A stretch of 64,000 nt of DNA, taken from positions 1 through 64,000 of the forward strand of contig JAEOUH010000029.1 in NCBI GenBank assembly GCA_016839365.1, given 5' to 3'. This DNA is from Candidatus Hermodarchaeota archaeon (GTDB lineage: Archaea > Asgardarchaeota > Hermodarchaeia > Hermodarchaeales > Hermodarchaeaceae). The notes beneath the pieces are model-generated. The model ran no database searches. It was not told the origin of the DNA and saw only the letters and a program-made list of their open reading frames with translations. Shown piece by piece: positions 59,901 to 64,000 of this stretch. A program made the translations under genes and the position numbers. The first letter of the stretch is position 1. Every line of letters starts with the position of its first letter.

Positions 59901-61250
59901 CTACTTCATTTCGAGATTGAACAATTCGGCAACATCTCGAATCGCAGCACGGAGAACTTCTTCGCCGACGCCTTTTGATTTCTTGAACCAACCACGTCTA
60001 AGCGGTGATGGCCCTGCATGGAGATCAACCAGTTCAGTCGAAGAGTTTACTAAGTCTTCGATTTCGGGAATTTGTGGTAGCCCCAGCAGGAGGAGTAAGT
60101 CGGAAGGGTGCACGTCATCTTCATAAGAGACAAAACATGGAGTAATGGCGGCACCTTTTGCTGTATAGGGGCGGAGAGCCTGTTTGATATGGGGATCGTA
60201 TTCGGCTCGAGCATATTCACGGGAACCAGAAAAGGTATAATATGTTGAAGAAGCGGCTGGTTCAGACCCGATTTCAGCGAAGCTACAGTGTTCAACGGCA
60301 TATTTGACCATAGTCTTCAATTGCATGGCAATGTTTCCTGCTGATGGAATCAGGCTGACGTCGGTATACAGACAGGGCACAACGATGGGGTCCAGTTTCC
60401 GGGCATAGTCGGCAATATCAGTGGTTGGAAATACTTCCTTGCCAGGTTCAACAACCCCAGGACTAAGCATGTGCTCGACGAAGCGCAGGGCTAAGGGATT
60501 CACTAATTCCACGAAAGCAGATTCTTGAGCCTTAGAGGCTTCATTTGCACCATCAACGGTAGAAGGAACCATCCCTTCAACATCGGTTACTTTAGCTACA
60601 TCGATTTGCAACTGCTGTTGAAGAAAATCTGCTACTTCGCCTTCACGCCAAGCTAGAATCCGTCGAAGCATTGCACGGTTACTAAGGAGACAAACAAGAT
60701 CTGCACCTCGGTCTTCAAGCTGACCACGGAGGAGCTTGGAGAGTGACCACATGGTATTGAGAGCTTCTGACGTTTGGTCCTTGAATGGAAGAACCGTGAA
60801 AACGTAGACGAAGATGCGGCGTCCCTCCTCTTCTTGGAATCGCTGTTTAAGGATCTCAATGAGTGCAGGAGCACCGCCACACCCAGTCCCTCCACCAGAC
60901 GAGGTAAAGATGATAAATCCAGAAACCCCCTCAAACCCTAATTGGGTGAGCTGGCCCATGATGACATCTTTGAAGTCGTGCACATAATTATACCCGTCAG
61001 TGAAGTTGCCTCCACACCCAATATCAGAGGCACCATAAAGGAGTGTGTTTTCTTTAGGAATGTCATATTTTTGTCTGAGTTTTTGAATATCTGAACGGTC
61101 GGTGTTCATACACAAGTACCCGCGAATACGTGGTGGTAGCATTCGTTCTCGGGCTTGTTTTAGATAGGCCCCAACGAGGTTGCTCCCGCATTCGCCGATA
61201 CCGATGGCAAATACTTCCGCAACTCGTGGTCCTTCATCTGAGGCTTCCAT
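59901..61250 (-). CDS. Divergent tubulin/FtsZ superfamily GTPase
   Basis: IGIGECGSN (T1), MNTD (T2), GCGGN (T3), GGGTGCG (T4 signature), VLPF (T5), SN (T6), TTDIAD (T7). Confidence 0.92.
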   Translation of the reverse strand: MEASDEGPRVAEVFAIGIGECGSNLVGAYLKQARERMLPPRIRGYLCMNTDRSDIQKLRQKYDIPKENTLLYGASDIGCGGNFTDGYNYVHDFKDVIMGQLTQLGFEGVSGFIIFTSSGGGTGCGGAPALIEILKQRFQEEEGRRIFVYVFTVLPFKDQTSEALNTMWSLSKLLRGQLEDRGADLVCLLSNRAMLRRILAWREGEVADFLQQQLQIDVAKVTDVEGMVPSTVDGANEASKAQESAFVELVNPLALRFVEHMLSPGVVEPGKEVFPTTDIADYARKLDPIVVPCLYTDVSLIPSAGNIAMQLKTMVKYAVEHCSFAEIGSEPAASSTYYTFSGSREYARAEYDPHIKQALRPYTAKGAAITPCFVSYEDDVHPSDLLLLLGLPQIPEIEDLVNSSTELVDLHAGPSPLRRGWFKKSKGVGEEVLRAAIRDVAELFNLEMK

Positions 61251-61262
61251 GGTAGTTCAATC

Positions 61263-63959
61263 CTACTTTTTCTTGGCTTTTTCCTTTTGGTCGATCATAA
61301 CGGCTGCGAGTTCTCGAGCAGCCCACGTGAGGTAATTAGCGGTGTCCTCACGCGAATAGGTTTCACGAATACGTTTCTCGATTTCGTTAAGTTGACGATT
61401 GCGTTCAGCTTTTGGCGATGCTGGATTAAAATCTGCGAGGAATACGCGAAGGGCTTTGTGCCATTCGTCGAGTTCTTTGATTTTTTCCAGCCACTGCTGT
61501 TCTAAACTGCGAATAGTGGTGAATATATCAATTGATTCAGGAAGAGAATTAACCGTTTCTAGCTTTCCACGGAGATTTTGTAAGGTATCAAGTGGGAAGA
61601 TAAGTTTGCTAAATTCTTGTGGGCGAGCATCATAAACTCGTTTTATCGTTGAATAGTATTCGGTGGTATTTTCCAGGAGTTTTTCGAATGCCGCTTCGGT
61701 TTTTTGTTCCATGTTTCGAAGAATGTCCAAAACACTATTTTGAGCCTCAACAAGTGCCATACAGATTTCAAGCACCGTATTCACTTGCTCTGCATCTAAA
61801 GCATCAGGAACCCGGGCGAGAAGGTCCTTCAGTTTAACCACAACCTCTGCTTGCCCATGCCGTTCAAGGAGGTCGGTGACTGAATTGAGATTTCGCCAGA
61901 CTTCGTTGGCTTTGGATCGAATATCCTTAAGCAACTTAGCATCAGTGAGTAATTCCCGAAGTTCATCAAAACGATCAGGGAGTTCTTCGATATTAGCAGG
62001 CAATTTTTCTTGAAGTTTCATAGACTGCTTGACATAGGTATCAGTTTTGATACCCAAGGTGACCGAGACGTTTGTAAGTTCTGAAAAGGCTTTAATCTGC
62101 TCATTCAAGGCCTGGTTGAAGTAACCAACAATGCGTTTCTCAAATACCTCTACGATATGATGGGCTTTGCGAATGGCTTCTTCGTAGGTTTCGCTGGCAG
62201 GAACTACGGTGGTCAGTTCTTGGATAGCAGCTTGGACTTCGGAAGGAATAGTCAATCCCATTCCCAGGAGTTTTGAGACTGCTAGGCGTAGCTTCAAGTC
62301 AAGTCGATATTTGAGGTTTTCAATAGCGTCTTGTGCCTTATAGAGAGCATCACCCTGGGCTTCGCGAGCAACCTCTTCAATTTCCTCAAAACTCTTACTA
62401 GCACGAATATGCTTAATTGCTGTTTCCAAGAATTCTTCCATTGTTTTGAAGGATTCTCGATAGGTTGGTTTGATGACCTGGATTTCTGCTAAGAGAGCAT
62501 TGAGTTCTCGTTCCCATGCCTTGCGGAATAAATCAATACGGTTTTCTACATGCTTGTGGAGTCGTGCATAAGCCTCAACTAGCTCAGGGAATGAAATATC
62601 CGTGGTTCGGACAGGAGCAGGAGCAGCGCCCATTGTGGTTTTATCAAGAATGGTACTGGCAGTTTCAGAGATACGTACTAGCAACGCTTCTTGGGTTCGA
62701 ATTTCCGCCAGTAATTTTCCATGCTCTTCAATTATTTGTCCGGAAGTTTCTGAGTAAATCTTGACAAGATCCTTAAGGTCAGCCTTATTGAGGGGTTTTG
62801 TTTGTTTTTTCACAAATGCCTCAAGTTCATTGGAATTCGGCAGCACCTTTCGCTTTACGGCCCGCGTTAAATCATCGAGAATTCGGCTAGTTTCGGAACG
62901 AAGGGCTGTTTCGACATTGGTTTGGTAGGCTTGTAGCCGCTCATAGCTAGCAATGAGGGCCGCTAGATCAGCTTCCTTGGGGACTTCAGGGGGTATTGGT
63001 GGAAGGAAACTGGCTTCGTTGGAGATATTGGCACTTGCCAGTATCCGATTAAGGTTATGAGCAAATTCGAGTAGTTGACGTCTAATCTCACTGGAGGCTT
63101 TCATCACCTGTCCGTCATATTGTTGTACCAAGCCGAGAAGCATCGTCAGATTCGCTTCGCCTTCAAGTTGCTTCATAAGCCCTTCAAGGGATGTAGAAAT
63201 GGCCATAGGCACATTCAAATTCAAACTACGAGCGGTTTCCAAAAGGGCTAGCGCGGATTCGATGCTAGCTTGTAGTTTCGCCCGCAAGGTATCGACTACT
63301 TCCCCGCGTCGGCTGGTGAGATATTCATGCTCTTGCCGCAGGGTCTTGCGAATTTCGAATAGTTCCGGAATTGTATTAATATCAACGGAAGTCCGCTCCG
63401 CGCTAATTGACACATCACTAGTATCTATGCCTACAAAGCGATCATAGGTCTTGATAAGGGCCCGATTTTGTTCGAGCATATCATTCGTTTGTTTAAGAAG
63501 CGCTTCACGGAGCTGCTTTGAAAGCCCCTCCAAATTAGACACAAACCGGGAGATAACAGGTAACACGACGGCATATTTCCCTCTCGTTGAAGGGAATGAG
63601 AGATTGTTGAGGTCTCGCCCTAATTTGATGTCAAAGGACATGATGGTGGCCTTCAACTCCTCGAGTTCCACCATGTAATTTCGAAGCAATTCGATGTGAA
63701 GATCTAATGACCGATTTAGACCTTTATCGAGTTTGGGAAGTTCTTTATCGATTTGTTTGACTAGACGCCGCTTTTTGGGGCTTAGAGACCAGCTTGTTTT
63801 CGCATCCCGATCAAACCCTTCAATCGCCAAAAGCTCCCTTCCAACATCTTCTAGGGAGGTCTCAACTTCAGAGGGGAGACCGCCTAATATTGTTTGACAC
63901 TTAGAACTAACATCCTTGAGCATAGAGTAATACTTGCGCAGTTCTTCCAATGTAGTCAC
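61263..63959 (-). CDS. Large helical-repeat/coiled-coil protein
   Basis: 898 aa, L/E/K-rich, no TM segment, recurring helix N-cap motifs every ~61-74 aa. Confidence 0.8.
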   Translation of the reverse strand: MTTLEELRKYYSMLKDVSSKCQTILGGLPSEVETSLEDVGRELLAIEGFDRDAKTSWSLSPKKRRLVKQIDKELPKLDKGLNRSLDLHIELLRNYMVELEELKATIMSFDIKLGRDLNNLSFPSTRGKYAVVLPVISRFVSNLEGLSKQLREALLKQTNDMLEQNRALIKTYDRFVGIDTSDVSISAERTSVDINTIPELFEIRKTLRQEHEYLTSRRGEVVDTLRAKLQASIESALALLETARSLNLNVPMAISTSLEGLMKQLEGEANLTMLLGLVQQYDGQVMKASSEIRRQLLEFAHNLNRILASANISNEASFLPPIPPEVPKEADLAALIASYERLQAYQTNVETALRSETSRILDDLTRAVKRKVLPNSNELEAFVKKQTKPLNKADLKDLVKIYSETSGQIIEEHGKLLAEIRTQEALLVRISETASTILDKTTMGAAPAPVRTTDISFPELVEAYARLHKHVENRIDLFRKAWERELNALLAEIQVIKPTYRESFKTMEEFLETAIKHIRASKSFEEIEEVAREAQGDALYKAQDAIENLKYRLDLKLRLAVSKLLGMGLTIPSEVQAAIQELTTVVPASETYEEAIRKAHHIVEVFEKRIVGYFNQALNEQIKAFSELTNVSVTLGIKTDTYVKQSMKLQEKLPANIEELPDRFDELRELLTDAKLLKDIRSKANEVWRNLNSVTDLLERHGQAEVVVKLKDLLARVPDALDAEQVNTVLEICMALVEAQNSVLDILRNMEQKTEAAFEKLLENTTEYYSTIKRVYDARPQEFSKLIFPLDTLQNLRGKLETVNSLPESIDIFTTIRSLEQQWLEKIKELDEWHKALRVFLADFNPASPKAERNRQLNEIEKRIRETYSREDTANYLTWAARELAAVMIDQKEKAKKK

Positions 63960-64000
63960 GATTGGAGCCCCCAGGGTAAGTGGCTTACATCCACCTTTCT

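Noticed and set aside
59901-61250. Calling the GTPase canonical ftsZ or cetZ
   Set aside because: T1, T4, the insertion and the C-terminus deviate from both, so no gene symbol was assigned
61263-63959. SMC/Rad50 ATPase or dynamin
   Set aside because: No Walker A/B, signature, hinge or zinc-hook motifs
1-64000. CRISPR arrays, IS elements, rRNA, and the many short overlapping ORFs in the track
   Set aside because: No spaced direct repeats, transposase or rRNA signatures seen; the short ORFs are antisense or off-frame shadows of well-supported genes

Overview
Gene-dense archaeal chromosomal window. Archaeal markers: proteasome alpha subunit, class V FBP aldolase/phosphatase, four-subunit POR, archaeal-type ArgRS, TATA-like promoters and GGAGG/GGTGA ribosome-binding sites. 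The stand-alone 23-aa LRR protein, the zinc-ribbon membrane proteins and a tubulin-like GTPase point to an Asgard archaeon (inference). Most genes are metabolic: a split LKR + SDH saccharopine pathway, POR, an arginine synthetase-like protein, a hydroxyacyl-CoA dehydratase/benzoyl-CoA reductase-type trio, TldD/E and ABC systems. There is also one tRNA-Arg(TCG) and two gene remnants. I found no CRISPR array, rRNA, transposase or integrase. Two things stand out. (1) A minus-strand operon at 58.9-64 kb encodes a divergent tubulin/FtsZ-superfamily GTPase that mixes FtsZ-like loops with a tubulin-like C-terminal helix. It sits between a ~900-aa helical-repeat protein and another all-helical protein, and converges on a coiled-coil/winged-helix gene: a candidate new cytoskeletal system. 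(2) The psmA-arcE intergenic region holds a hidden 27-aa cationic/hydrophobic peptide gene. Its Shine-Dalgarno sequence is locked in a 13-bp stem inside a highly structured RNA, and an antisense TATA box lies inside the ORF. This architecture resembles a type I toxin-antitoxin locus. All assignments come from reading motifs by eye; no searches were run.
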